NCBI GenBank assembly: GCA_016186795.1
Contig: JACPKY010000002.1
Span: 154,593-218,592, forward strand
Reading direction: 5' to 3'
DNA length: 64,000 nucleotides
Source of the DNA: Candidatus Gottesmanbacteria bacterium
GTDB lineage: Bacteria > Patescibacteriota > Microgenomatia > 2-02-FULL-39-11
The notes under the pieces were generated by a model. It was given only the letters and a program-made list of their open reading frames with translations. It had not been told where the DNA came from and did not search any database. Both the position numbers and the translations under genes were made by a program. Below are positions 28,941-38,257 of the stretch, one piece after another (within the stretch, counting starts at the first letter, position 1; each line of letters begins with the position of its first letter).

Positions 28941-30752
28941 ATGAACGCACAAACACATATTCGTAATTTTGCCATTGTTGCTCATATTGATCATGGGAAA
29001 TCGACACTTGCTGATCGTTTACTGGAGATGACGCACACAGTCGAAGAAAGACTCATGAGGGAGCAAATATTGGATAGTAATCCAATTGAACGGGAACGGG
29101 GAATCACAATCAAACTTGCACCGGTCCGAATGAATTACCGATATAAGGGCCAAAATTATATTCTCAATCTTATTGATACTCCGGGACATGTTGATTTTTC
29201 ATACGAAGTGTCTCGATCGTTGGCAGCGTGTGAAGGGATTCTTCTCGTTGTTGATGCATCTCAGGGAATCCAAGCGCAAACGATTGCCCATATGCAACTT
29301 GTGAAGATGCGAAATCTCAAAGTTATTCCAATCCTGAATAAAATAGATCTTCCAACCGCAAAAATCGAAGAAACAAAAAAAGCTCTCTCAGATATGTTTG
29401 GCTTTTCAAATAGTGAGATTCTGGAGGTTTCGGCAAAGACAGGGAAAAACATCGACAAAGTGCTTTCCTCAGTTATAGAAAAGATACCCCCTCCTTCAGG
29501 GGAACCGTCAAAATCACTCCGGGCACTAATTTTTTCATCGCAGTATGACGTGCATCGAGGGGTCGTTGTGTATGTACGTATTGTTGACGGAAACCTCGAA
29601 CTCACTTCCTTGAAAAATAGTGGCGGATTTCGAAGACAATTAAAATTTCTTGCATCTGGTATCGTATCTGCACCTCTCGATATAGGAATTTTTACGCCTT
29701 CGATGAAACCAGCACCCCAACTTCTCTGCGGAGAAGTTGGTTTCATTGCAACAGGTCTCAAAGATGTACGGCTTGCCCGTGTAGGAGATACGATCACCTG
29801 GGAGGATCAATTGCCACCTCCACTACCTGGATATCAGGAGCCAAAACCAATGGTATTTCTTAGTATTTACCCAACCGATTCGAGCCAATACCTTGAACTT
29901 CGTGAATCGTTTGCCAAACTTCATCTTTCTGATAGTTCTTTTTCTTACTCACCACATTCATCCCCTGCTCTTGGGAAAGGATTTTTGTGCGGTTTCTTAG
30001 GTCTTCTTCATGCCGACGTTATCAAAGAGCGACTAGAGCGGGAATTTGCCGTAAATATTATTGCTACAGCCCCAACTGTAGAATACACACTCGTTCTAAC
30101 TTCCGGAAAAACTCTTGTTGTTCATACGCCGGAGGATTTTCCCGATCGATCCCTCATCAAAACAATCAAAGAGCCGCTGATGTACATGACAATTTTTACT
30201 CCAGCGCAAACTGTCGGAAGTATCATACAACTCTGTCAGGAGAAACGAGGACAAATGGTAAATCTTGACTATATTGGAGACCAGGCGAAATTTACATATA
30301 CAATTCCACTTGCCGAAATGATTGTCGATTTTTTTGATCGGTTAAAATCGGTAACTTCTGGATACGCGAGCCTTGATTATGAATTATATGAATTAGGAGA
30401 AGTGGATGCCGTAAAGTTAGATGTATACATTAATCGGGAGCCGGTTGATGCGTTTTCCCAGATCGTTGTTGCCGAAAAAGCACAGTATACTGCCGAAAAA
30501 CTTGTGGAGAAACTGAAACACCTCATTCCCCGTCATCAGTTCCAAATACCTATTCAAGCAGTAATCGGTGGTAAAATCATTTCCCGATCAGATGTAAAGG
30601 CGTTTCGCAAAGACGTAACGCAAAAGTTGTATGGTGGGGATAGAACCCGGAAGGATAAGCTACTTGAGGCACAGAGAAAAGGGAAAAAGCGAATGCGAGA
30701 ATTTGGAAACGTTTCTATTCCCCAGGAGGTATTTTTAGATATTTATAAATAA
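28941..30752 (+). CDS. lepA: Elongation factor 4
   Basis: IRNFAIVAHIDHGKSTLADR, DTPGHVDF, GFLGLLH, YGGD.TRK.KLLE.Q..GKKRM. Confidence 0.98.
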   Translation: MNAQTHIRNFAIVAHIDHGKSTLADRLLEMTHTVEERLMREQILDSNPIERERGITIKLAPVRMNYRYKGQNYILNLIDTPGHVDFSYEVSRSLAACEGILLVVDASQGIQAQTIAHMQLVKMRNLKVIPILNKIDLPTAKIEETKKALSDMFGFSNSEILEVSAKTGKNIDKVLSSVIEKIPPPSGEPSKSLRALIFSSQYDVHRGVVVYVRIVDGNLELTSLKNSGGFRRQLKFLASGIVSAPLDIGIFTPSMKPAPQLLCGEVGFIATGLKDVRLARVGDTITWEDQLPPPLPGYQEPKPMVFLSIYPTDSSQYLELRESFAKLHLSDSSFSYSPHSSPALGKGFLCGFLGLLHADVIKERLEREFAVNIIATAPTVEYTLVLTSGKTLVVHTPEDFPDRSLIKTIKEPLMYMTIFTPAQTVGSIIQLCQEKRGQMVNLDYIGDQAKFTYTIPLAEMIVDFFDRLKSVTSGYASLDYELYELGEVDAVKLDVYINREPVDAFSQIVVAEKAQYTAEKLVEKLKHLIPRHQFQIPIQAVIGGKIISRSDVKAFRKDVTQKLYGGDRTRKDKLLEAQRKGKKRMREFGNVSIPQEVFLDIYK

Positions 30753-30765
30753 AAGTTGGAAAATT

Positions 30766-32469
30766 TTATACTATTTCCTCTTTTTTCAACCGGACGAATC
30801 GCGCCCATTCATCAATAACTTCAACAATAGCTTTCAGAGGCATTTCAATAATAAAGTCGAAGAAGAATATTAGTATATTGAATTTTGTAAGAACTTCATC
30901 AGAGAGAATTTGACCAACTCGCATGACAGGTATGGAAAAAAAGTCTATAACTGGGGTGAAGGCACTCTCATTCTCAATAACAAGATATTCTTTGGTGATA
31001 CTGACAACCCGAAAAGCAAAAAATGTTACCAGTGTAACGAAAAAGATAAATATTCCTTGACTAACGACACTGAATTTAAGAAGTGTGAGTACGTAAATAA
31101 TTGTTCCAAAGCTCACAAGATATGTGAAAAGATAAATAAGAGTGAAAAGTGTTGTAAACAACGGACTCTTCACTCGAATACGCTGATTGAGAATAAGCGT
31201 TGGTCTGGTTTCTGCATCAGAGGGATCGTTTGCGATAATACCTTTAATCAGTTGGAAAATTTTTTTCGTGTTTTCGTCTCCAGGGATACGGACAGAAAGA
31301 ATGATGACACCCATGAGAACCGGTGGAAAAATGATGTTGATCCCTAGTGGAATATACGATACCGATTGGACAATATATTTATCGTATGGAAATTCAATGA
31401 GGAATGCAAAAAGCACTTTCGTTAAGACGATATAAATAAACGATCGGATACCAGTCCTTCGGAGGCGATCTTTTGTTTCCTCGTACCGTTTTCTACAGGC
31501 TTCATCGACCTTATCTTTGAGTTTTGCTTCATCAGTAAGAATTGATTCAATTGATCTAGATGCTTTATTGAAAATATCTCGCATGATAAAAAACGGCGGC
31601 ATTTGCTTTTTTACATAGCGGAATATCTTATCGCTATATTCATTTCGAAGGCTTTTGGTTATTTCTTGATAAGACGCATAGAACTGCGGAATAACATTGT
31701 CTGCAGTTTTCCAACTAACGCGGGTTATTTCGGGAATGACAAGTTTTAGAAGGTGGTAACTAATAAGTGGGTTATCACTATGCGCAAATGCCCGTTCAAC
31801 GGCAACATAGACCAGAATATCACGGTCCTTTACATTATTATTAACTGGAGCTATTTGCGGGCGAATGATTTGATAGACATAGTTTGTAAATGCTTCACGT
31901 CGGTGGTCGGGAGAAAGAAGTTCTTCTATTTCGCAGGAGAGAACTTCAAGAATGAATTGTCCTATTCTTTCCTGTTCTTTTGAGGATCGACCAGCAGAAA
32001 TTTCGTTCCGAATGAAAAAATACTTATCAATAATTCCCTGCACCTCAGGAATTTTTTCTTCCCCAATCGTATTATTTTCGTAATATCGAGCCCACAATAG
32101 CTCTTTGATCAAAACCTCTGCAATATCTCTTCCATTTTCATTTAGTAACATCCGCCGTTTGATGATTCGCTCAATAGTGGCCCGTTTTATAAGATGTTCT
32201 TCGCGAAATTCCACAGCATTACGCATCTTTTCGTAGAGGAAAGCAATGAGTGATACTGTTTGGGAAACGGAGATTTTGTTTGGAGAAAGTGTTACTTTTG
32301 TGTGATTTTCCAGCCAACTGGTTATCAAGGCCTTGCTATATTTCGATATTTCTATCGCATCCCCACGAAGTTCTTCACTTCCAAGAGCATCATCATGACC
32401 AATATCAGGCGTGTTGATACTATTTACACTTTTTGCGCCTTCTTTATTGTGAGTGGATGGATGATCCAT
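30766..32469 (-). CDS. Conserved hypothetical membrane protein
   Basis: Long ORF with several C-terminal TM helices; start moved to ATG 32469 because the upstream frame overlaps tRNA-His. Confidence 0.7.
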   Translation of the reverse strand: MDHPSTHNKEGAKSVNSINTPDIGHDDALGSEELRGDAIEISKYSKALITSWLENHTKVTLSPNKISVSQTVSLIAFLYEKMRNAVEFREEHLIKRATIERIIKRRMLLNENGRDIAEVLIKELLWARYYENNTIGEEKIPEVQGIIDKYFFIRNEISAGRSSKEQERIGQFILEVLSCEIEELLSPDHRREAFTNYVYQIIRPQIAPVNNNVKDRDILVYVAVERAFAHSDNPLISYHLLKLVIPEITRVSWKTADNVIPQFYASYQEITKSLRNEYSDKIFRYVKKQMPPFFIMRDIFNKASRSIESILTDEAKLKDKVDEACRKRYEETKDRLRRTGIRSFIYIVLTKVLFAFLIEFPYDKYIVQSVSYIPLGINIIFPPVLMGVIILSVRIPGDENTKKIFQLIKGIIANDPSDAETRPTLILNQRIRVKSPLFTTLFTLIYLFTYLVSFGTIIYVLTLLKFSVVSQGIFIFFVTLVTFFAFRVVSITKEYLVIENESAFTPVIDFFSIPVMRVGQILSDEVLTKFNILIFFFDFIIEMPLKAIVEVIDEWARFVRLKKEEIV

Positions 32470-32474
32470 ATTGT

Positions 32475-32550
32475 TGGGGTGGTCGACGGGATTTGAACCC
32501 GCAACTTTCAGCTCCACAAGCTGATGCTCTGCCGTTGAGCTACGACCACC
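32475..32550 (-). tRNA. tRNA-His(GTG)
   Basis: G-1 present, anticodon arm TCAGC-TTGTGGA-GCTGA, C73 and encoded CCA. Confidence 0.95.
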
Positions 32551-32592
32551 GAATAATACGGGTTCGAGAGCACACCCTCCTGCTATTATAAA

Positions 32593-33792
32593 TTATATGG
32601 CGCTGGAAATAAACTTAGAGACAACGGGAAACGAGGTGAGCTGTCGAATAAGAGACTGGAAAAAGGAAGGACGGGAGGGAGGAGAATTCATAACGCCCGA
32701 AAAGTTACTCTTCGTTGAAAGTCCAAGGATTGCCGATGGAATAAGTGTTGGAGTAAGGGCAAGGGATGGTTCCCCTTTTGCTTTCGCAAGTTCTTGATAT
32801 GTGTCAAATTGAGGATAAAATTCATCCTCTCCAGGTCGTTGCCATGAGAAGTTTGCAAAAGGATAGCTTTGGTAGTTGAGGATAAATGGTGTGATTGCAA
32901 TGATGCGAGGATCACTCCACACACTCGATGCCGCAATTTCTATCTCTTTTGCCACACTCTCAGCGGGAAGATAGGAAGGATTGGCATAGATGCCTTCTTG
33001 ATGCGCCCATCCGGTTTCAGTGATAAATACAGGAAAATTCTTCTTAATTCCGTATTCTGAGAGTAGCTCAAGTTCCCACTCGTATGTGGCTAAACTTCCC
33101 CTTCCTCGCTTGTCAGCTCTTCCCGAAAAACCGGGATTTGGATAAGAATGAGATGTCCAACCGTCGATCGAAGAAAAAAGAAGGGGGTTATGTTCAATCA
33201 TACGAGCCAAAAATTCGCGCTCATCCATTGTTTCTGCACCATTGGGTGCAGATGCATCTAATCCTGCGGGTAGTATGAAGAAATCTTCTGATTTTTGTTT
33301 CAGAGCAGCCGAGTAATGGATAAGAATATCGGCATATTCCTCAGGAGAGAGATATCCTCCCCACTCTTTTGCATGATTTGGTTCATTAAAAAGTATAATG
33401 TAGCGGTTTTTTGTGACCCACGATAGAGAGGAAAGGAATTCTGCCCAGGAATCAATATCTTTAAGTCCTGCAGGTTCCCACAAGTTTCCAATCGGCTTCG
33501 TAGCTAGTCGGACAAGTGGAATAAGGTGAAGCCTCCGAAATTCTTGGAAAATTCTGTTCCATTTCTCAACATTCCGTTCAGCAAGTGGAATAACGACTGT
33601 AACATATCCCCAGTCGCCTCCATTGGAGTTTACAAGACGTGCTGCAGTTCCCAGATCTGCTTCGTTGACAATATGAATACCGTACTTATTATTGGGAATG
33701 GTTCGGGGATCCTCAAAAGCGAAAGAGGGCCTTGCTACGGTAAATAGAAGGAAAAACAGAAGTCCAAGTAGAGAATATAGTCGGTAATGCAT
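32593..33792 (-). CDS. Secreted clan GH-A glycoside hydrolase-like protein
   Basis: Signal peptide; acid/base NEPN, HSYP, nucleophile ITETGW. Confidence 0.78.
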   Translation of the reverse strand: MHYRLYSLLGLLFFLLFTVARPSFAFEDPRTIPNNKYGIHIVNEADLGTAARLVNSNGGDWGYVTVVIPLAERNVEKWNRIFQEFRRLHLIPLVRLATKPIGNLWEPAGLKDIDSWAEFLSSLSWVTKNRYIILFNEPNHAKEWGGYLSPEEYADILIHYSAALKQKSEDFFILPAGLDASAPNGAETMDEREFLARMIEHNPLLFSSIDGWTSHSYPNPGFSGRADKRGRGSLATYEWELELLSEYGIKKNFPVFITETGWAHQEGIYANPSYLPAESVAKEIEIAASSVWSDPRIIAITPFILNYQSYPFANFSWQRPGEDEFYPQFDTYQELAKAKGEPSLALTPTLIPSAILGLSTKSNFSGVMNSPPSRPSFFQSLIRQLTSFPVVSKFISSAI

Positions 33793-33881
33793 AAAAAAGA
33801 TACGTGAGATCTCATTGTAACAATCTTCTAATAGACTTGCAATTGTAGCCTACTCCTCCTAGAATAGATCACACACGTTTT

Positions 33882-33958
33882 CGGGGATTAGCTCAGTTGG
33901 CTAGAGCGTGCGCTTTGGGAGCGTAAGGCCGCCCGTTCAAGTCGGGCATCCCCGACCA
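33882..33958 (+). tRNA. tRNA-Pro(TGG)
   Basis: CGGGGAT acceptor, anticodon loop TTTGGGA, encoded CCA. Confidence 0.95.
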
Positions 33959-33961
33959 AAA

Positions 33962-34414
33962 GTGAGATTTGCACAATTTCCATTGTGGATTTTTATCCTT
34001 ATTGCAGTAACATTTGCAAGCCTAATTTTTCTCTCTCCCCACGATACAAAAACTATACCGGTACAAGTGGGAAGTGAAGTCTTTACGGCATGGAAGGCAG
34101 ATACCGATTCGCTTCGGATGAAAGGACTTTCAGGAAAGACGTCTATGCCTTCAAATTTCGGGATGCTTTTCCTTTTTCCGGAGGCAAATTATCACACATT
34201 TTGGATGAAAGATATGAAGTTTCCTCTTGATTTCATTTGGATTCGGAATCACATAATAGTCGATCTTACCCAGGAGGTTCCTCCGCCTGTGGATAAATTG
34301 GAAACATCGCTTCCGACGTATTCACCACGAGAAGTAGTTAATGCAGTGTTGGAGGTAAATGCCGGATTTGTCGGTCAGCATGGAATCCGTATCGGAGATG
34401 CAGTAAACTATTAG
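33962..34414 (+). CDS. DUF192 family protein
   Basis: GLS...GMLFLF...FWMKDMKFPLDFIWI...VLEVNAG...I.IGD; GTG start after tRNA-Pro. Confidence 0.88.
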   Translation: MRFAQFPLWIFILIAVTFASLIFLSPHDTKTIPVQVGSEVFTAWKADTDSLRMKGLSGKTSMPSNFGMLFLFPEANYHTFWMKDMKFPLDFIWIRNHIIVDLTQEVPPPVDKLETSLPTYSPREVVNAVLEVNAGFVGQHGIRIGDAVNY

Positions 34415-34419
34415 ATGCG

Positions 34420-34581
34420 ATGGATACAGGAAATTCTCAATATACAAACGAACCACTCTCAACACGAGTTCTTCATTTCATTCAAGGAATTTGGCCCTCG
34501 ATTTATCGAACAATAAACGATCTATTTTTTGGAACAATTCACTTTGTTGTAGATACACTCCGCGGTCTGTGGCCAAGATAA
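34420..34581 (+). CDS. Small hypothetical protein (53 aa) not in the ORF track
   Basis: Hand translation MDTGNSQYTNEPLSTRVLHFIQGIWPSIYRTINDLFFGTIHFVVDTLRGLWPR; fills the gap 5 nt after the DUF192 stop. Confidence 0.5.
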   Translation: MDTGNSQYTNEPLSTRVLHFIQGIWPSIYRTINDLFFGTIHFVVDTLRGLWPR

Positions 34582-34592
34582 TTCGAAGCTGG

Positions 34593-34770
34593 TATAATAG
34601 CTTTATCCAAAATTGCGAAGCAATTTTAAAGGAGGAATGACGAAGTGCTAAATCCCGATAAAATCGGGATGATAAGCGAAGTCAATTCCGACGCGCGGGC
34701 GTAGTTCAGCGGTAGAATGTCTCCCTTCCAAGGAGAAGGTCACCGGTTCAAATCCGGCCGCCCGCTCCAA
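34593..34770 (+). repeat. Copy 1 of an approximately 178 bp direct repeat (-10 box, structured leader, tRNA-Gly)
   Basis: Near-identical to 41614-41792. Confidence 0.92.
34695..34769 (+). tRNA. tRNA-Gly(TCC)
   Basis: GCGGGCG acceptor, anticodon arm TCTCC-CTTCCAA-GGAGA, U73 and CCA. Confidence 0.95.
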
Positions 34771-34785
34771 TCTCACTTATCCCCT

Positions 34786-34858
34786 GGCCCGGTAGCTTAA
34801 CGGATAAAGCAACTCCCTTCTAAGGAGTAGACTGAGCGTTCGATTCGCTCCCGGGTCG
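34786..34858 (+). tRNA. tRNA-Arg(TCT)
   Basis: Anticodon arm ACTCC-CTTCTAA-GGAGT; A20 in the D loop. Confidence 0.94.
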
Positions 34859-34968
34859 CAATTTATTGCAAAAGAAAGCGCTAGGTAGAAAGATGTGGTT
34901 CGGCAAAATGCCAAATTGAAAATTGCATTTTGGTGCAACCATCTTTTACTCTAGCGCGTTTCTTGCGT

Positions 34969-35214
34969 TCATTTTGACTGCTTGCGGTGTCTCCTTTTTT
35001 TTGGGTAAGGTGAGCGGGTATCAATAAGAATAAGATGAATTGTTAACTGCCGCTCGGTTGTGGAAACCATAACTCCATTTATTACAATGTCTCCCTTGTA
35101 TGGAACCTTAGCCCCTTTCTTTCGTGCAACCTTGAGGACGTCAATTACCAGACAGATCTCTGGAGTTTCGATATCCCATTCTGTGCCCGTTAAGTCTATA
35201 ACTGTCCGTTTCAT
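34969..35214 (-). CDS. Small hypothetical protein
   Basis: ORF with AAGGAG upstream of ATG 35214; no recognisable motif. Confidence 0.45.
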   Translation of the reverse strand: MKRTVIDLTGTEWDIETPEICLVIDVLKVARKKGAKVPYKGDIVINGVMVSTTERQLTIHLILIDTRSPYPKKRRHRKQSK

Positions 35215-35237
35215 ATTCTTTTTCTCCTTTTCTATCA

Positions 35238-35396
35238 CTACCACTGAAAAAATGATGGGTCGGTCTTCAGTGGATAATATTCAGGTTGGAGTTGAAATAC
35301 TCCAGAAGCAAAACCCCAACCGAGGAAAGCAAGAAATATCAGTATAAGAAGTGCTAAAATGATTAACACAAGTCCCCTTTGGTATGAATCGGTCAT
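35238..35396 (-). CDS. Small single-TM hypothetical protein
   Basis: AAGGAGG upstream of ATG 35396; hydrophobic stretch LVLIILALLILIFLAFLGW. Confidence 0.5.
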   Translation of the reverse strand: MTDSYQRGLVLIILALLILIFLAFLGWGFASGVFQLQPEYYPLKTDPSFFQW

Positions 35397-35683
35397 ACGG
35401 TTTCCTCCTTTTTTTAACCCCGATGCGGCTTCCCATTTGAAGACGCAGAAGATAAAAGGTATAAGCCCTCTATCTACCGCGTCTTCACTTATCCGCAAGC
35501 TGTCAATGTGCAAGAAAATTGGTATTAAAAAAAAGAGAGCAACAAATCGCTACTGATCTGTTCTCTCCATTGAGAAACATCCTATTATAGGGTATTTCTA
35601 CGAAAAAGAAAACTATCCATTCACTAATTGACAAATGAAGACGTGGATAGTACCGTAGACATTATTTTTCCAAAAAAGAATAT

Positions 35684-36364
35684 ATGCCCAAAAAACAGTT
35701 TGAAATTGAAGTAAAGGTTCTACTGGGAAGTAAAAATGCGGTTGACACATGTCTGGCAAAACTTCGCAAACGTGATCCGCATTTTTTAATTCACAAACGA
35801 AGTTCTCAATTAAATCACTATTTTCTCTCTGGAAACGTTGAAAAACTTCTCACTGCACTTTCTCCTTTTTTAAAAAGAAATACAAAAAAGGAATTATCAG
35901 AGATACTGAAGGGTGTAACGAACTATTCTCTTCGCACACGATGGGAAGATGGTAAAACGACTCTCGTTGCGAAGGCATCCACTCACGGGAAAGATAGTGT
36001 TCACGATCTTAAGAGGCGTGAATTTGAGACGATTCTTCCACTATCAATTGAGGAACTGGACAAACTTCTTTTATCGTCAGGATTTTCATATCAATCGAAG
36101 TGGTCAAGAGTACGAAATACATACAGCTATAAGGATCTCACTGTGTGTATCGATAAAAATGCCGGGTACGGGTACCTAGCTGAATTTGAGAAAGTCATTT
36201 ATAATGAGAAAGACGTAGAAAAGGCAAAAAAAGCAATTCTTGCCGAATTGACTGACTTAGATTTGGAAGAACTTCCAAATGATAGGTTAAACAGAATGTT
36301 TTCGTACTATAATGCTCATTGGCAAGAGTACTATCAAACAGAAGTTACGTTTATTGTCGAGTAG
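35684..36364 (+). CDS. CYTH domain protein (triphosphate tunnel metalloenzyme)
   Basis: N-terminal EIEVK, RREFE, R..Y......CID......AEFE. Confidence 0.8.
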   Translation: MPKKQFEIEVKVLLGSKNAVDTCLAKLRKRDPHFLIHKRSSQLNHYFLSGNVEKLLTALSPFLKRNTKKELSEILKGVTNYSLRTRWEDGKTTLVAKASTHGKDSVHDLKRREFETILPLSIEELDKLLLSSGFSYQSKWSRVRNTYSYKDLTVCIDKNAGYGYLAEFEKVIYNEKDVEKAKKAILAELTDLDLEELPNDRLNRMFSYYNAHWQEYYQTEVTFIVE

Positions 36365-36365
36365 T

Positions 36366-37322
36366 ATGAAGAAGAGTAATCTTTCTCATCCCGAGTACCA
36401 GTATCTTACTCTTTGCCGCGATATTCTGGAAAATGGTACAGACAAAAAAGTCTATAACGCAGAAACGTATATACGGAGTGTCTTTGGCAGACAAATTCGT
36501 TTTGACCTTTCAAAAGGATTTCCCCTCCTTACAACGAAAAAAGTATTTCTTCGGGGGATCATTTATGAACTTCTCTGGTTTGTATCGGGAAATTCCAATA
36601 TCATGTATTTAGTTGATAACAATGTTCATATTTGGGATGAATGGGCATACAAACCATATGCAGAAAAAGCAAAGTTAGGCAAAGTCCCAGCACTTTCCCA
36701 AGAAGCGTTTATCGAAAAAGTAAAAGTAGATGCGAAGTTTGCCAAGAAGTGGGGCGAACTCAATAATGTCTATGGGGCTCAGTGGCGAAGGTGGCCAACA
36801 TCTGATGGGAGGATTATTGATCAGCTTGGATGGGCAATCGAAAAATTGAAATCAACTCCATATCGCAAACACATCGTTGTTTCTGCGTGGAATCCTGAGT
36901 TTATTTATGAAATGGCATCATCAAGAGAAAAAGCAATGGCACTGCCCCCTTGTCATACTCTTTTTCAATTCAGTGTAACAGATGATAGACTTTCTCTTCA
37001 GTTGTATCAAAGGAGTGCGGATCTTTTCTTGGGAGTTCCATTTAACATAGCGAGTTACTCGTTACTTACCATGATGGTAGCTCAGGTAACAGGACTTAAA
37101 CCAGGAGAGTTTATCCAGACATTTGGCGATGTCCATATTTATAGTAACCATTTTGATCAAGTGAAAGAACAGATAACTCGTATCCCCAAAACATTTCCCA
37201 AAATGGTCCTCAACCCAAAAGTAAAAAATATTGACGAGTTTGTTTTTGAAGACTTTATTCTTCAAGGATACAATCCGCACCCTCCGATAAAGGGTGAAAT
37301 TACCGTTGTCGGTGGATTCTAA
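36366..37322 (+). CDS. thyA: Thymidylate synthase
   Basis: [34 protein letters not shown]. Confidence 0.98.
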   Translation: MKKSNLSHPEYQYLTLCRDILENGTDKKVYNAETYIRSVFGRQIRFDLSKGFPLLTTKKVFLRGIIYELLWFVSGNSNIMYLVDNNVHIWDEWAYKPYAEKAKLGKVPALSQEAFIEKVKVDAKFAKKWGELNNVYGAQWRRWPTSDGRIIDQLGWAIEKLKSTPYRKHIVVSAWNPEFIYEMASSREKAMALPPCHTLFQFSVTDDRLSLQLYQRSADLFLGVPFNIASYSLLTMMVAQVTGLKPGEFIQTFGDVHIYSNHFDQVKEQITRIPKTFPKMVLNPKVKNIDEFVFEDFILQGYNPHPPIKGEITVVGGF

Positions 37323-37332
37323 GTATATCCCA

Positions 37333-37818
37333 ATGGAAAAGCCCACTCTAAGTATCATTGCGGCGTTAGATGAGTCTCGTGCTATTGGTAAAAATAATAA
37401 ACTTCTTTGGCATATACCCGAAGATCTGAAACGATTCCGATTACTCACGATGAATCATCCAGTTATTATGGGGAGAAAAACATTTGAATCGATTGGACGT
37501 ATACTCCCAAATCGAACCAACATTATTGTTACTCGAAATCCTTCGTTTCGAGTTACAGGTGCAATCGTGTGCAATAGCCTAAATCTCGCATTAGAGAAAG
37601 CAAGAGATATCGAAAAAGAAGAAATATTTATCATTGGAGGGGCGCAAGTTTACGCGAAGGCAATAGGAAAAGTAGATAAACTTTACCTTACTCTTATTGA
37701 GGGATCACACGATGCAGATGCATTTTTTCCTCCATACGATGAGTTTTCAACTGTTGTGTCAAAAATTCCCTCGACCTCAGGGGGATACCACTACACGTTT
37801 CTTGAATTGATACGTTGA
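37333..37818 (+). CDS. folA: Dihydrofolate reductase
   Basis: IG..N.L.WHIPEDL..F, IMGRKTFESI, LPNR, IIGGAQVY, DAFFP. Confidence 0.97.
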   Translation: MEKPTLSIIAALDESRAIGKNNKLLWHIPEDLKRFRLLTMNHPVIMGRKTFESIGRILPNRTNIIVTRNPSFRVTGAIVCNSLNLALEKARDIEKEEIFIIGGAQVYAKAIGKVDKLYLTLIEGSHDADAFFPPYDEFSTVVSKIPSTSGGYHYTFLELIR

Positions 37819-37831
37819 ACAGGATGTGCAC

Positions 37832-38257
37832 TTAGCCGTGGACTAGTTTTCTCTTATTAAGCCGAAGGGTAAAAAGGATCCCACCAAGAATCGAAAGCCC
37901 AAAATAAAGTACCTGGTAGATAATGATTTTCGTGCCTAGGTTCCAGTGAAACGGATCAAGAATAAAAAAAATATAAACGCTTCCCAAAAGTGAGTAAATA
38001 ACTTTTTTCTTCGGAATCCTAATTAAAAAATAAGCGATATACGGGATAAGAACAGGAGGCAGAAACTGAGTAATTTGTTCAATATCAAAGTATTGGAAAA
38101 AACATTTTAAAGTCGACCATGAAAAAATGGATAGTTTGTTATGGAGAAGCCGAATAAAAAAAAATGGCATACCAAAATCGGCCGGAATATCACTAAGTAA
38201 GCTGGTATATGTGGTATTGGCAATATCAACAATCGTACAAAAACCTAAATCTCCCAT
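37832..38257 (-). CDS. Hypothetical membrane protein
   Basis: Hydrophobic ORF overlapping the end of the upstream glycosyltransferase. Confidence 0.55.
   Translation of the reverse strand: MGDLGFCTIVDIANTTYTSLLSDIPADFGMPFFFIRLLHNKLSIFSWSTLKCFFQYFDIEQITQFLPPVLIPYIAYFLIRIPKKKVIYSLLGSVYIFFILDPFHWNLGTKIIIYQVLYFGLSILGGILFTLRLNKRKLVHG

Noticed and set aside
34628..34652. AAAGGAGG-A-ATG mini ORF (MTKC) in both tRNA-Gly leaders
   Set aside because: SD-to-ATG spacing of 1 nt is too short, and the bases are part of the leader stem
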